A stretch of 64,000 bases of DNA from Lytechinus pictus (Eukaryota), in NCBI RefSeq assembly GCF_037042905.1, contig NC_087245.1, positions 11,224,001-11,288,000 on the forward strand. The letters run 5' to 3'. Shown one piece after another: positions 23,690 to 38,201 of the stretch (its first letter is position 1; each line of letters opens with the position of its first letter). The notes under the pieces are model-generated. The model was not told where the DNA came from and made no database searches. It was given only the letters and a program-made list of their open reading frames with translations. A program made the position numbers and the translations under genes.

Positions 23690-24535
23690 ATCATCAGAAC
23701 GTGTCCAAGTTGTCTTAAAAATACGCAGCTTGTTCTTATTCAAAACGTGCTTAAATCATCCAGTTTCATTTCAGAGTATCAAAAAAAATCATCTCGCGCT
23801 TCGCGCTCGCTTTATCAATGTAGGTAGATGCCCAATTACTCAACCTTTTCATGATTTGCAAAACATTAATAGAGTGTCCCGTTTTTGGTCTAGATTTCTT
23901 TTTTTTTCCATATACCTATCCTGTTCATGATTACAAAAAGTGCTAAGAACGTTCGATTTTTAGGTCAGAATGTCAAAAATGTTCACCTCGCGCTTTGCGC
24001 TCGCATTATTTGATTGTTGAAATTATTTATCGTATATATATATATCGTTTATATATGTATAATAGCAGGGCCTGCTGGGAGAAGAGTTTTCAGAGTTGAT
24101 GTGGCTTCCCTGGGTAAATGTTTTATTATTGTTATTATTATTATTATTATTATCGTTTTCATGGGTTACTGCAAACATTCCTTAGCAGTTCCTTTTTCGA
24201 TCAGGCCAGAACGTATATCAAAAATTAATAATTTTGTTACATGCACATCTTTTTCGCGATCACAAACATTGCTCAGAATGTTCAATTTTCAGGACAAAAT
24301 ACATGAAATTTCCAAAAAAAAATTAGCGCTCGCACTATTCAAGCGGCTTATATGAGATTGTTATTTATTTATGTTTTGTAAGAATAAAGCTTAGAAGTGA
24401 CTGTGAGGGTTACACCTTCAAACGAATAAACAAACAAACAAAAAAACAAAACAACTTTGAGCGACGATCTGGAAAAGAAAAATTGGTGAAATTTGTTTTC
24501 GTCCCATCCCTTTTTGCAAAATCTGGATCCGCCCT
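23690..24535. mobile_element. Partial copy of the same GC-motif element, reverse orientation
   Basis: ctcgcgcttcgcgctcgc copies, similarity to 3400-4000, terminus ggatccgccctg at ~24525-24536. Confidence 0.6.
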
Positions 24536-26665
24536 GCAATCTACCCTATCCATCATAATATATGTTTCGGTAAAGCCAGGAAATATACCTAGATGGATTT
24601 TTGCTTTAACCATAACTTCATTTCAGTAGTTATCTCTCCTTAATGCTTTAATTCACTATATTAAACACGTATACCCTATAGACAAATAATTTATTACATA
24701 ACTATCCACCAGCCAGTAACCAAAATATCCGAACGCTTATCGATTCATCTATACATAAAAGACAAATCCAATAGTAAATGACTGGTAAGAAACTGGTTAT
24801 AGGGGACTTCATTTTGAAGATTTGTCGACTTTCACGACGTATCCTGAGTCAGTCATATTTTCAAATCAAAATATGATTTCCCATTTCCACATCAGAAAAT
24901 TTTCAATGGAGTTATGAAGTATAATTAATTATCACGAAAAGGTTCTATGACATAATCTACATCCGACTGCATTTGAAGGGCAGCTCACAGCCTCTAACAT
25001 GTCAGTGTTATTGTTGTTGTTTTCATTACCTTGGAAAGGGTTTTATGACAGCAAACATCAAAACATTTTTTTTTATTCTTTATTACAAATTTATTTTTAT
25101 TTCATATCATTCGCATTTCATGAAGTTACCGTATTTCAACAAGAGACTATTAGTAGACAGTGATGGGACCGTAGTTATTATTTATTTAGTTAGTTAGTTA
25201 TTTTTTATTTACGTATTTATTAAGAAATTTTTATCTGGAGTAACCTGTTCATCTTTACAAAAAAAAGTCAAATTATAAACAATATATACAATTAAAATGT
25301 TCATTAAAAAATCACCAGTATTCCACAAGTCTCTGCATTATCATCTCCATACACATAATTCATTACATAAAACTAATACATTTCCTTGTGAGAATCATAA
25401 AAACAAAACGAAAGAAGACATCACTTATCAAAATAAGACTTAGAATAAGAAAGCACAAGAAAATGGTAAGAGAGAGAGACGAAGATAGAGAGGGAGAGAG
25501 GCAGAGAGGTAGTTATGAAGATGTCAGTATAGGGTGCGTCCACGTGTTTGCTTTTTTTTAATTCGTGCATACACTCATGTTTGCAGTAATCGTGCATGTG
25601 CGTGGATTAACGTGTTTATGGCGAAGACAGTGCACAGTAAGACCTACTTTCATATAAGATATTAAAATGCAATCCACTTAAGCCGAAATGCAGTCAAGTG
25701 CATCAATATTTTAAGCATACTCAAAACACTGATAGCGCTTGTTGTGATTCTGCAGATGCTGTTAACTTGAACGAACTGCGAACGTATACTCAAGTCAAAC
25801 TTGTATGCAGCAGTCACGCCGGCGAGGCCGAATTCGGACCAACAATAGTTATACCACCATCGATCGGCTTGGAGTCGGTTTTGTTGGTGTCATGAGTGTA
25901 CAGGATCTTATCAATAACACTGGAGTAAAATGACACAGAGAAATTTATTTTGTGCTAACTGAACAGATGAACATAATTGATCTCCAAACACTTAGAATAC
26001 CATTCATCACCTGAATCCTGAAGCCCCTTGATAGAAAGTTGTCTGATTCCGAATGGAGAAAAAAGGATAAAATTCATTTCTACTTTCTCTGTATACTACG
26101 AGATAGATTCAATACATACATTTTAACAATATAGCATTACATTCTCGGTAGTGTCTCAGATTTAGAATACAACTTTCGTGATTTGAAAAAGATATAATTA
26201 TAAAAATATAAAATGAATTAGTGTAAAGATACAGCTGATTTCTTAAACCAGCTAACGAATGTTATTTGGTTTAGACTAAAAGATTTTCTTTTTGGGTGTG
26301 TACTGAAAATTATCTCTTAAACAAAGCCAGCTTAGATATAAAGATGTAAATTTAATTTAAAATGAAATTCTATATTACATTCGTGTGTTCCGACTCTGGA
26401 TTATCACAAAGATAATATAGAGAAAAGGGACTTTTCAATCCCAAACAGTCAATCAAAATACAATCTGGATGCATTACCACATTTCGTTTAAAAAAATAGA
26501 AAAGGAAACATGGAATGGCAATTTCTCATTACAAAGTCATACGACAAGTTCTTTGTGTTCGGTGAAATATAAGATAAATTCATATTAAAACAAAAACAAC
26601 GACGAATTCTTTACCCCGGGATTCTTTAACAAAACTAGAAAATATTATATTCCCTGCTTTGATCA

Positions 26666-29600
26666 TTATCTCTCTTGGTTGTTTGGAAGTATGAGAGGCT
26701 GGTAGCCTAAATGTGGAGTATGCTGTTGATATGCTGCATAGTTGCCCTGATGTGGATGCGTCTCCAGAGTGGCTAATGTATCTTGCTGTCTTCGAGTTTG
26801 TAGTTGTTCCGTGTGACTATTTGGATGTGCTTGTTGAGGGCGCTGTTCGACGGCTCTGTAAGGAGGTGGTTGACCTTCAGGAATTGAACTCTGTTGGTCT
26901 AGGAAGATGAATAAAACAAGGACAGTGTTAAAGTAAGGATATAAAAATTGTAGAGAGTACACATTGTAAGTGCTCATAAACATTGCATCTAGGATCAGTA
27001 TATTTTGCTGAGAATACATTATACTGTATAGGTACAGTATTATGTACTACACTGCTTGGGTAAACTTGGAGATCTGTATCGCAAAGAATATCAAATAAAA
27101 TCTGGAGTTGTTTTGTTTAAAGATATCCTCGATCGGATACCAGTCGGCCATCTGGATGCGAAGCGAAATCTCAATAGCCGATTTTTTTTTTATTCACTCA
27201 ACTTTCCCTCTCCCAGTTGTACATTGATTACTATTAAGGCTTTATACTTACGAGCTGAAGTGGTGGCAGGGTATTGGTTGACCTGTGAGCAATCAAAGGT
27301 AAAATTTATTTTTTCCCATTTTGAATATTAAGAATGTCTTTAATGTCGATTTTCAAATTTAAATAACTACACGAATCATGCTTGAAAACGCAATTACAAA
27401 ACGTGGATAATGAGAAACAAAGGATGTGTCTAGTGTGCCCCACTCCCGGGTCATATTTTTCAGATCGAGATTTGGATGAAAAAAATTAAACGCCGAAAAA
27501 TATGCGTTTAAAAACGCGATCAGCTTTGTTTTTACGACCTTCAGCATCTCTAGAAAATATTGAACGTAATGGTCATTATCATGATATGTTTTTCCTTTTT
27601 ATGGTATTTGGGTCTTTGCACTACAAGGAATAAATTCTTGTCGGGCATCCGTATATCTAACCTCGGTGTAAAGCGTCATGTATTTTTATATCGATCAATG
27701 TGTTGCCAAAGATCATTGGCGCCACTTTGAGATATGAACCACGAACAGCAGCACTTCTTATTGGTGTTTAATGCATCTAACAATCCTTTTTATACACTCA
27801 TGTATTTGTCATCGTTATGATCGTTGTAGTATTTTTATAAGCTTTTTCATCATTAAAAAGGCCAGTGCAATATTTGTTTCTGCTGTATATTTTAAGCATA
27901 AGAAAGTCCTAATGAGTTAATTTGTTAGTAATCGTTAGGACAATGACATTCATAACTGACCATTCAGCAGCTCGTGAGAAATCCGTTTATTTCAATGGCG
28001 TTTAATACTCTGACATGTACAGATGGGTGTACACTAGGGATGTCATTGTGTATTGCTCCCTGTCAGAGAAGAAATTCATTGAATTGAATTCCTTGATTAG
28101 ACTCATGTTCTGAGTTTATAAAGATAGTTCATGTGTTGTGAATATTTAAACCTAGGTAAAAATGTACATGTGTTATACCTTGGTCACATTTGCTCTACGG
28201 CGGCCGTACGGCGAGTCGAAAACAGCCGTTTTAACATTTTTTGTCCAACTACATATATGTGGTTTGAATTAAAATTAATAAAACGGCTATTTCGACTCGC
28301 CGTACAGCCGCCGTAGAGCAAATGTGACCAAGGTATTCGGAATATCCATCACATCCCTATCAGGTATATGACATATTTTGTACAAGTATTTTAAATAGTT
28401 ATATGCAGTTCTCTTTAATCCATAGATTTATGCAAGTGCACAGGAAGTGTATTTTGTTATAAAGAATGTATTGTTTATGCACTCATCTGTTATTGAAATT
28501 CTTTGAATTACTTTATAGAAATTTTACAGTTAGTCCTAGTAACGGTAGGGTATATTAGGAGGTTAATTTCAGTAATTCAGGGAGAACCACCTAAGCTAGA
28601 ATAGACCACAGATGTTAGTATAGGCAGTCGAAGTTAAAACTGAGGGACTACGTCGGTGACGAGATAACGACCCAAGCTGCCGCCGGTTCTCCACCGACAT
28701 GATTCGTCAAAATTCATGTCATCATTGGGGGCTCGATCTCGTCCACTAATTCGTCGAAGCCACATCTCTCTGATCTGGGGGCTACTCATCAAGGGGCAAC
28801 ACTGTCTGCGGAGGCCGAGGCCGACTGGAAGAGACATCGCAAGCTACGGAGGCCAGGAACTGGACCGACCACCAGGGCCGAGTGGGGCATGTCAGGCCAG
28901 AAGAGATGATGGGGGCTTGAGTCAACAATTATTGTTAAAGTTATATTTTGTTATAAATATTCATGTATATTTTCATGTACAATTTATTGTTAAACAAATC
29001 AAAATGAAACAACAATGATTTAAGAGATTTGATTAAATCTTTTAATAACCGTATTCATCAGTTTTATGTATTCCTTATCTGGTGTCAAGCAGCAGTAGGT
29101 AAATAATTTAAAAAAGTCATTTCCACGTGACACTCCCTTGTCTATTCATGTAAATACTTTACTAAAATGGCAATTCTGATAACAATGTGGAAGTGATTTT
29201 ATGAGCATGATACCAATTTCATTATGAGCAGAATTATAGAACCTATAGCTGAGGCTAATCAAAAACTTTCCTTCGCGTTTATAATAATTCATGTGGATAA
29301 ATCAAAGTCGAAATTATTGTTATTGCCAATTCGTATTTTAGACCTACATTTTGATCAAAATCGGATCACAAATAACTTTCAGATATGTGTAAATATTCAT
29401 TTTTTTATATTTAATTAGAACATCGTTCACGTGTAATCATAATATTTTAATTTGAATTTTATACATTTCTTTTTTAAGGTATATCGGCGGTTCATCCGTT
29501 ACTGTTAGAAATCCGAATCACCCTTACCAATTAAATCTGGAATATTCAGAATACCATAAAGTAAGATATCTCGAGGGATTTTTGGGTCTTTGTTCATACG

Positions 29601-32600
29601 AAAAACTGAAAATAATTCATTTCAAAATCATTCAAACCCGCGATAAATTTTGAAACAGTATCATGTTTACTTACCAAAATTATTTCTTGCCGTGGCCTTG
29701 AAGGCTGCTTAACGCAACATACCCCAGCACAACCATAGGCTGATCCTATGATAGCAACTATTGTCTCAATCAATCCAATCAGAGTCAGGATTCCATCAGA
29801 GCTGACACGATATTCCTGTTAATGATTCAAGTGAATGGATGGAGTAGCAACCATTAATATTGGCATGAAACTTGCTCAAACTAGACTAATCTCCGAGATT
29901 GCATTTTGTACACCACTTTTGATCTTCGATCACTGAGTAAAACAGAATTATTTCAATGTTTACGTTTCAACTTTTACTTTTTGTTATGATGTACAGGGGT
30001 TGGCATCAAAATTAAATGTAATCCAAATATTAAAATTTGATGATAAAAGAATTATCAGATATATCCATTTTTATTTACCTGAATGTGAAATAGAAAATCT
30101 TTAGCTTTCTATAGGCCAATTAGACAATTTACTGAATTTCCCAGGGACCTGTTTCATAAAGCTATCGGAAACAAATGAATAGCAAATGAATAAAGAGCCA
30201 AAACAGGGATCCTCCTTTTTTTTATTCCAGAAAAATGATTCTGCGATTGACCTGTTTCAATTTGCTAATACAATCATGATTATGTCCTATTGTGATAATA
30301 CACATTTGGCCTGCCACATGAACCATTCGCGTAAATTCATACATAAATATTTGAATCTTTAACAAACCACCTGACCATCCACTAAAATATATATTATAAT
30401 TTTTAGCAAAGTGATTTTATAGATATCCTTATTACCACTTGACCTTCTTGACAGGGTACTTTTTGTGTATTGACGTAGCATGCCTGTGTCTGACTTATTA
30501 AAATGCCTATGGCCCCGATGAGTGTCATAAAAATGGCAAAGACGGCCGAGAATACGGACATGGTGATGTACGCCGATATCTGTAAAATGTAGAAAATATT
30601 GATAACATGATGTTCATTAGCATGAAATTGGTTATCGTATGTATTGTCTTAACTATAGACTCATATCATGCATATAGATAATGATTGTTCACAGGCTTAT
30701 TTTGTTTTTCATTGCTGATTGTATGTTCTTTTACCTGGCATTCTAGCTTTAAGATTTTCCTACATGTACTTGGTAATGGTAATGGTAATGTTTCATCAAA
30801 AAATCATTCGCAGCCAAAGGCTAAATTGCAGAATATTTTACAAAACAAGTACAAGAATATATAATAAACAACTGCATAGTGACACAATGCTTAAAAGGTT
30901 GAAATATTATGCTGGTTCTAAAAACAAACCTACCGAAATAGATGGATACGGGATTTTTTAATCATGCATTATCAAAATTAATATAGACAGTCGGCTTTAT
31001 CATATATAAAATGAAAATATTCAAATTTAAATATTCAAATATTCAAATTTATCAAGTAAAAATACAAATCGTGAAAGTAGGTTTAGCAGAAGAACAGAAA
31101 TGCGAGAAAGGGGGAGGAGGAGAGAGAGGCAGATAGAGAGAGGGGGAGTGGAGCAGAATGTCGGAAGAAAAAAGGTACAAAAATTATATAAGAGGTAAAC
31201 TTGAAAACATGAATTTGTAAGGCTGCCAAATTTTAAGCTGGAATAAAAACAAATATATTCATGCCTATGCTGTGATATGATAAACAAATATATTCATACC
31301 TGTCGTGATATGATGTTGTTAGGTAATATTATGTTATGTACATTGAAACTGGGCACCACGGGAGAACAACATATTGTTAAATGGGCTTCCCCGTTTCTTA
31401 AATTAATATATAAATAAATAAACAAATAAATAAATAAACAGATGTACATTGAAGACAAGGACAACATGGGTATGGTGGGTGTAATAAAGTATCTCTTGAA
31501 GATCAAGTCGATTTATGCAAAATATATTTGTTATAGAGCTAATGCGTACAGAACGATGGTGGAATGAAAAAAATAGACACAATGTAGGCCTACATTTGTC
31601 ATTAGTGTTGGACAGCTATGAATGGGCTTACATGTAAGCTACATTCTAAATAAATATGATTCCTAAAATGCTTACTGTTGTCCTTGCAATTAAAAAATAC
31701 TTTTAGTAATACTTTGTGCCATTTCCTAATTCATACATATCACAGGATGATAAAGAATAAGATTTAAAAATACGCGAATTTCAGCTTTAGTTTTCCTTCC
31801 ATTTCGTTTGCATCACTAGACTACATTTTATGTAGGACATAAGCCTACAATTAAAGATACGTACTACACATCGACTTCTTCTGTAACTCGCAATGCCAAG
31901 CACTCCAGCAGGACCAAAGCACTATACAATTGAAAAAGAAACGATAATATTTTCATGTTAACTTGTTTTTTGTAAAATTTTGTAAAAACACTTATTTTGA
32001 TTCGATATAAATAAATACAATATTTCCTTATTTTGGATGTATAAGGTAGGTAGGTTTGTAGAAGACAGGAGATATGGATGTGACTTTGAAAATTTCCACT
32101 TTTGAAATTCTGTGTTTTGTAAGCGTGGTAAAAGTACAACAAAACAATTCCTGAATCGCAATTTTCTGCCTTATAATTCTCGATAGGAATATCATTATTT
32201 CGAGAAAATATCATGTCAATCACTGTGCTTCACCTATTGATCTAAATACGATTATATGCTACGAGCGAAATTAAAGAACTTTTCATTCAATCTATCATTA
32301 AAATGGGTACGTATCATAGTAATAAGGAGTTAATTGGTAAATCACGCTTAAGAGATACCCCAAAATATTGTGCCATAATCTTTGGTATAATTATATAATT
32401 ATACTAAATTAAAAAACAGACCCAAAAGTGATTTTACAGACCTAACCTACCAGAAGACTCATCCATATACCACAGGCAGCGAAACGAATGCTGGATCCAA
32501 GTAAGAATTGAGCTACCCCTATCATGATTGCCCCTCCCCCACAGACAAGTTGTATCCACCCCGTAGCTCTTCCGGCGTACTCGTTGTAACTTTCAAGATA

Positions 32601-32687
32601 TGTTTTGGTGTCAGGAGTGGGATGCTGAGATATTTGTCCCTGCTCCTGATGGGGAACCACTGTTGTGTGTATGGTGGTGGACGCCAT
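26666..32687 (-). CDS. MS4A/CD20-like four-transmembrane protein, paralogue B (~280 aa, 6 coding exons)
   Basis: Exons on minus strand: 32687-32451 (MASTT...GRATGWIQLVCGGGAIMIGVAQFLLGSSIRFAACGIWMSLL), 31921-31865 (CFGPAGVLGIASYRRSRCV), 30579-30436 (ISAYITMSVFSAVFAIFMTLIGAIGILISQTQACYVNTQKVPCQEGQV), 29815-29675 (EYRVSSDGILTLIGLIETIVAIIGSAYGCAGVCCVKQPSRPRQEIIL), 27282-27252 (31 nt), 26898-26666 (tail with PPPY). Same intron phases and near-identical exon sizes as paralogue A, with clear protein similarity. Confidence 0.87.
28176..28335. mobile_element. 160-bp fold-back Harbinger-type MITE (same TIR as 7073-8988)
   Basis: Near-perfect palindrome taccttggtcacatttgctctacggcggc...gccgccgtagagcaaatgtgaccaaggta; flanks tta / ttc. 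Confidence 0.88.
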
Positions 32688-35130
32688 ATTTCACAGATTC
32701 CCACTTTCAATATTCCTGTACCATGTGTATGGTTGGATGGAAATAGATAAACATGAAAATGATTTTACTCAAGAATATTGAATATTCAGATAAGAACTTT
32801 ACATCACGTTTAGGACACGATGGGAAATCGAGATCTATGATTTCGAGTCAGTTAACCATGCCTTCGAGTATTAGATTCCCACCATCATGACCATAAAATG
32901 ATTTAAAAGGATATAATTGCGTCACGTTGGGTCATACCTTTCACACAACTTGTCACACGATGTAAAATGAGCACTAAACTACAGTAGCTAGTGCTAAGCC
33001 AGTATCAGTATATTTCTTTAATATTTATCACGTTTACATGTACTGCAAACACAAGTTCAACTTCCATAGACAGGGTGGAGGGTGTGTGTTCTATTTATCA
33101 ACATATATACGTTAATTAAAGCAGTGTTAAAGAACGAAGTGAACATTTAATTTTGTTTTGAAAAGTATAGAATATGTGCCTACTTCTTTTCATTCAATGT
33201 GAACAAAAATAAAAACCGTCACTATGCTGCTTTCATTTTCTATTTTAATAAATATGGTGCATATGACATCACGCGATATTAACTTCCGTGGAAAAGTGAC
33301 AGTGACTATAATTTCCTAAATACCGAACTCCTATATCTACTCGTCATTTTTGTCTCATACCTTTAAAATGTATCTCCATACGTTTAATTTTCTTACAAAC
33401 GGGACCTATATCAATTAAAATAGCTTTCCTCTCTCTCGTGAACCCCTGTATACAGAATGAGTAGTTAAATCAATGTTGGATAGGTTAAATGTTTTAGAAG
33501 TAAATTTCTTCCAAATGAAATCGATTCAATTCATTCCGGCAATCATGCGTTTCTTGTGACTGACGTAGCTATTTCCTTTCTACGGAACCAGGATGTGGGT
33601 TTGATTACCAAGGTTAACTTCCGGAGTAGTCATACACCTATTATAGCTTCACATGAATTGTTTATATCTTATCTTCTTCTTATATTTGATATATGAAAAC
33701 TATCAAACGAAATTAATGCAAAGACGCCTGGACGTTGAAATAAAATATTCTGCTGGTGAAATACAAAATTTAACATGTTCATTAGATTCCTGGTTATGCT
33801 GACAGAACATTGTATATCATCATTATTTTTCAGCATATTGTAAAATCAATGATGAGCTCCAAAAGCTATGAAAATTTTGAAATCGCATTATACTAAAGTT
33901 CATATTAAAAAGTGAATAGTTGAAACAAGCGATACTTAAAAATACACTGCCTTGTTCTTAATTCTATTGTGATTACTTTTTATTGTCACGCGTGTTTTAC
34001 TTCCTTTGTTTAGTTTAATCAATTTGGTGTTGGGTTGAACTTGACATTTAAGATTGAAATGACATTCCGCTATAAATACAGAAAAGTGATTATTAAAAAG
34101 GCACATCGACGTTATGCCTGGAATTTCACGATACATACAATACAACTGTTTGCGTTTGATTTTTTTTATCATAGTTATTATTAATTTCTTATCATAGTAC
34201 TAGTACTAGCCAGAAGGCATTGGGAATCATTCTAAAGAATTTGAATACTAAAAATTGCATGTCCTTCTGATAACTATCTCAATCATTTCCACATGTTTAA
34301 ATCGATTATTTTGCTTCGAGGAACAACACTGTTGTGTGGGCACAAAGAGAACTACAACATTATTTTTTTATTAAAACATATTTTTTCTATTGTGTGAAAT
34401 TATGCTTAAGCGATGGTTTATTCGAAAAGAATTCTGCTTCGTCAACTAATTTCGAAACCCACTCTCCTCGAACCGAACCGGATTCAGCAAAAAATGACAA
34501 TACATACACTACCCAACTATATCTATTATGGAACAGGTATACACGAATAAAGAAGCATAAATGAATATATATCGCTACATACATTGAATATGACAGAGGT
34601 ATAAATGGAAATGGAGCATGCCATACGAATACAATGCTAGTATAATTCGGACAGAAAAATTGTTAAACACTTAAGTTAAAGGTTTCGCTGTTGTGGAAAC
34701 TTACACGTATATGTGAACCCCTTCTCCCTCTCTGTAACCCCCCCCCCTCCCATATTTCCCCCTCTCTACTCTTTAATATTCAAGTTTTCTTTCAAAATTA
34801 AGAACTGATTAGAACTTGTGACTTGTATTAAACTGTTAAATTGCATAATAGACTTATCTAAAAAGTTTCAGAACTTGTTTATAGAATAATATACAATAAA
34901 GGTCCAGTGAACAAGAAACTTACCCCTTTATAATGTTCCTCTTCAACTGTATTCAAATGGTCCAACAGTTATTTTACTTCATTACATTCAAATGTGGAAT
35001 AACAGAGGTTTCTGAAAGCCTAGTGACAACATCGAGAAATGTAAATACTAGAACGTAGATGGTGTCATATTAGTTTTAGACTTTGTCGTCATTCAGTTCG
35101 TTTTTAAAAGGGTGTTACACCACAAATTGT

Positions 35131-36200
35131 CAACCTTGCACAAATTGTCGCCTCATTTAGGCGACAGTTTGTGGAAGAGGGGACACCACAAATTGTCGCC
35201 CCATTTCACTCAACACTTAACAAACAAACAAATAGGTCATGTTGAGTTGCAAATGCAATTAGACCATTTGGCTAATAGACGAATTGGTCAATAGACCAAA
35301 TGAAAATTAGACAAAGTATATATTAGACCGATTGCAAATTAGACCAAATTTTTAGTGGACAAAATGGGTTAAGCCCATGTGTTTTTAGACAAACAGAGAA
35401 TTAGTCCTATTTTTGTTAGACCATGTGGATAAAAGCCGAATTTTCCACCGGCTCTGCTCCTGTTCTATATATTAGCCTCCCAAAAGGTAATTGTCAGTTG
35501 GTCTAAACCCGATTTGACTAATGGCCGTTTAGCCTCAAACTATTCATGGTCTAATTCTATTTCGCCTACAGTTTACCTTTTGGTCTAATTGTCATTCTGC
35601 CTATTTACCATTCCGTCTAATTTCCATTTGGTCTAATTTCTATTTGGTCTAATATCTAATTGGTCTAACACCACTTGGTCAATTCCTGTAACAGACTGGA
35701 CATATTCATTAGGGATTTAGACGAAAATGCGAATAGACCATTCGACGATTCGGCAATTATACCGACTAATTATATTCGACCAAGTCCTATACATTAGACC
35801 AAGTGGAAGTTAAACAAAACTGTTACTAGTGCAAATGGGTTTAGCCCGTATGGTATTAGACGATCAGAGAGTTTGACCAACTGTTACTGCTAGACCAAGG
35901 AGATATACCCCCCCCCCGCCAAAATAAGCTAATAATAATAAGAAATAATAATAATGATAGACACACACGCAACCACCCTCACACACATACCAACACAACA
36001 CTCACCTCTAACACAACGCACACAATCTTACGCACATACACTGCACACCAGACTGGTGGTTCAAGACAATTTGTGTAATTGGCGACAATTTGTGGTTCTA
36101 GGTTTCTTTTTGCCGACATAAATTGGCACAATATGCTTAAAAATTGAGACCAGCACGTGCAGCACAAATTGTGACAATTTTGCGACAATTTTTGATGCAA
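35131..36200. mobile_element. Non-autonomous element(s) with cacaaattgtcgcc and ttagacc subrepeats
   Basis: Inverted ccacaaattgtcgcc / ggcgacaatttgtgg blocks enclose tandem tagacca/tggtcta repeats in alternating orientation; boundaries approximate. Confidence 0.5.
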
Positions 36201-36201
36201 C

Positions 36202-36805
36202 AAGGGGTACTCCAGACAAAAGAGATAACAATTTCTCATTTCTAAGAGATAAAGAAAAATCAGACAAATTGAACACTGAAAAATCTGATCAAAATCCGAC
36301 AAGGAATAACAAAGTTATGACATTTTAAAGATTTACATTATTCCAGTGAAACAGTTCTAGGCATGTCTTCATGAATATTCAATGAGCAAACTAGTAATGT
36401 CATATCCCAACTTGTTCTTTTATATTTTATCATATAAAATTGGGTTTATTCAAATTTAATCCTCAAAAACAATTGTATTGACAACTGATTTAGTGCATTA
36501 GATATTCATCATCGCAACTTATTTCATTATAACGGAAACTTATCATCACACATGTATGAAAACAAATCTGATTTCATGTAATAACATAAGAAAAAGGAAA
36601 GTGAGGATGTGATATCATCATCCCACCTAATGAATATTCATGACGACGTGCATATAACTTTTTTCACAATATATTGCCAGATTTGAAAATTGAATAACTT
36701 CGCTATTTGTCATCAGATTTTGATGACATTTCTTAACATTTTGCTTTGTGAATTTTACTTCTTTTTTTTCTTTAAATATAAATGTTTCAGCCCGGAGTAC
36801 CCCTT
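36202..36805. mobile_element. Kolobok-like non-autonomous element
   Basis: aaggggtactcc / ggagtacccctt TIRs; homologous to 53970-54571. Confidence 0.7.
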
Positions 36806-37036
36806 TGATTTTTGAATGTCTAGATGGATGTCAAATGACATTGGATGATAATGAAGATTATGATGATGATGGTGATGATTATAATAATAACAATTATCAT
36901 TGATATTATTATTATCATTTATGATATAATAACATGAATTAGAATGATAATAATAGTAATAACAATGATAATAAATGATAATAATGATAATAATAATAAT
37001 AATGATAATAATAATGATGATGATGATGATGATATT

Positions 37037-37262
37037 CAAGGTTACACTTCGTAATTCCGAAGGTTCGTAATTCCGAAACACGCAAATTGCCTATACCTCG
37101 ATGTTCGTTAATCCGAACATTTGTGGCGTTATTCCGAAGCTTCGTAATCTCGAAGGTTCGTTAATCCGAAAACAAAATAAGGCTCGTTATTCCGAAGGTT
37201 CGTTAATCCGAAAGTGAAATAAGGTTCATTATTCCGAAGGTTCGTTAATCCGAAAAGTGAGA
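37037..37262. repeat. Tandem ttccgaaggttcgttaatccgaa repeats (probable transposon subterminal array)
   Basis: About ten tccgaa-containing units. Confidence 0.7.
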
Positions 37263-38062
37263 TGATATGTGGCGAAGCCTTGAAAACCGGAAAGGGCAAG
37301 CGTGGTAGAAAGGGGGGGGGGCTGGGAGAAACACCATTTCATTTTCAATTGTTATGTGAATGGGCAGGCACGGGTGCGGCCGAACGTATTTTCAAAGCAA
37401 TATTCAAAACAATAATAATAATGATAATATTTAAAACAAAAATAATGGTAATTATAATTTTAAAGCAGTGGTTACAGTGGTAGTGAAAACTGCATTCAAT
37501 TTTATTCTTTAAAAATATACCATTTCCATTTTTAGCAAATTTGCTTATAAAGAATCCTGACATATCACTATTTATCGATCGATCGCCCCAACTCTTTAGA
37601 AGAATATGGTTATGAAGACTCAGATAGAACATACAAAATATATCAATACATATAGAGAGAAAATTTATAGCCTAAATGGGAAATATTCACACCAACAATT
37701 TTGGTTATACGCCAACTACATATACAAATCAGAGTAAATCAGTGTAATAATCGAGGTTAGTCATTTGTCTTTTTGAGTAAAATTTATGTTATAATACTCC
37801 TTTAGACACTTTTAAATTATAGATATACAACGGACTTCAGTTGATAATTTTATGAAAATGTATATTGAGTGCGTTCGTTCATGAATCGTTTCATCAGTGT
37901 CTTCCAAAGGCAGCTGTAATCCCTTTACTTCATCAAGTTCATCTTCTTGATTTCTCATTGAACCGCATGACACTAATATGGTTTCTGATTAAATATGTTG
38001 TGTCTTGGCGCCATCTTGTGTCGATTTTATACCCAAATGCATAGCAGTTAATTCAAATGACA

Positions 38063-38201
38063 GTAGTAGTAGTAGCAGCAGCAGCAGCATCAGCAGCAGC
38101 TTCAGCAGTAGTAGTAGTTTTATCAGAAGTAGTATAGAAGTAGATGTAGAAGTAGTATAGTAGTAGATGTAGAAGTAGAAGTAGTAGTAGAAGTAGTAGT
38201 T

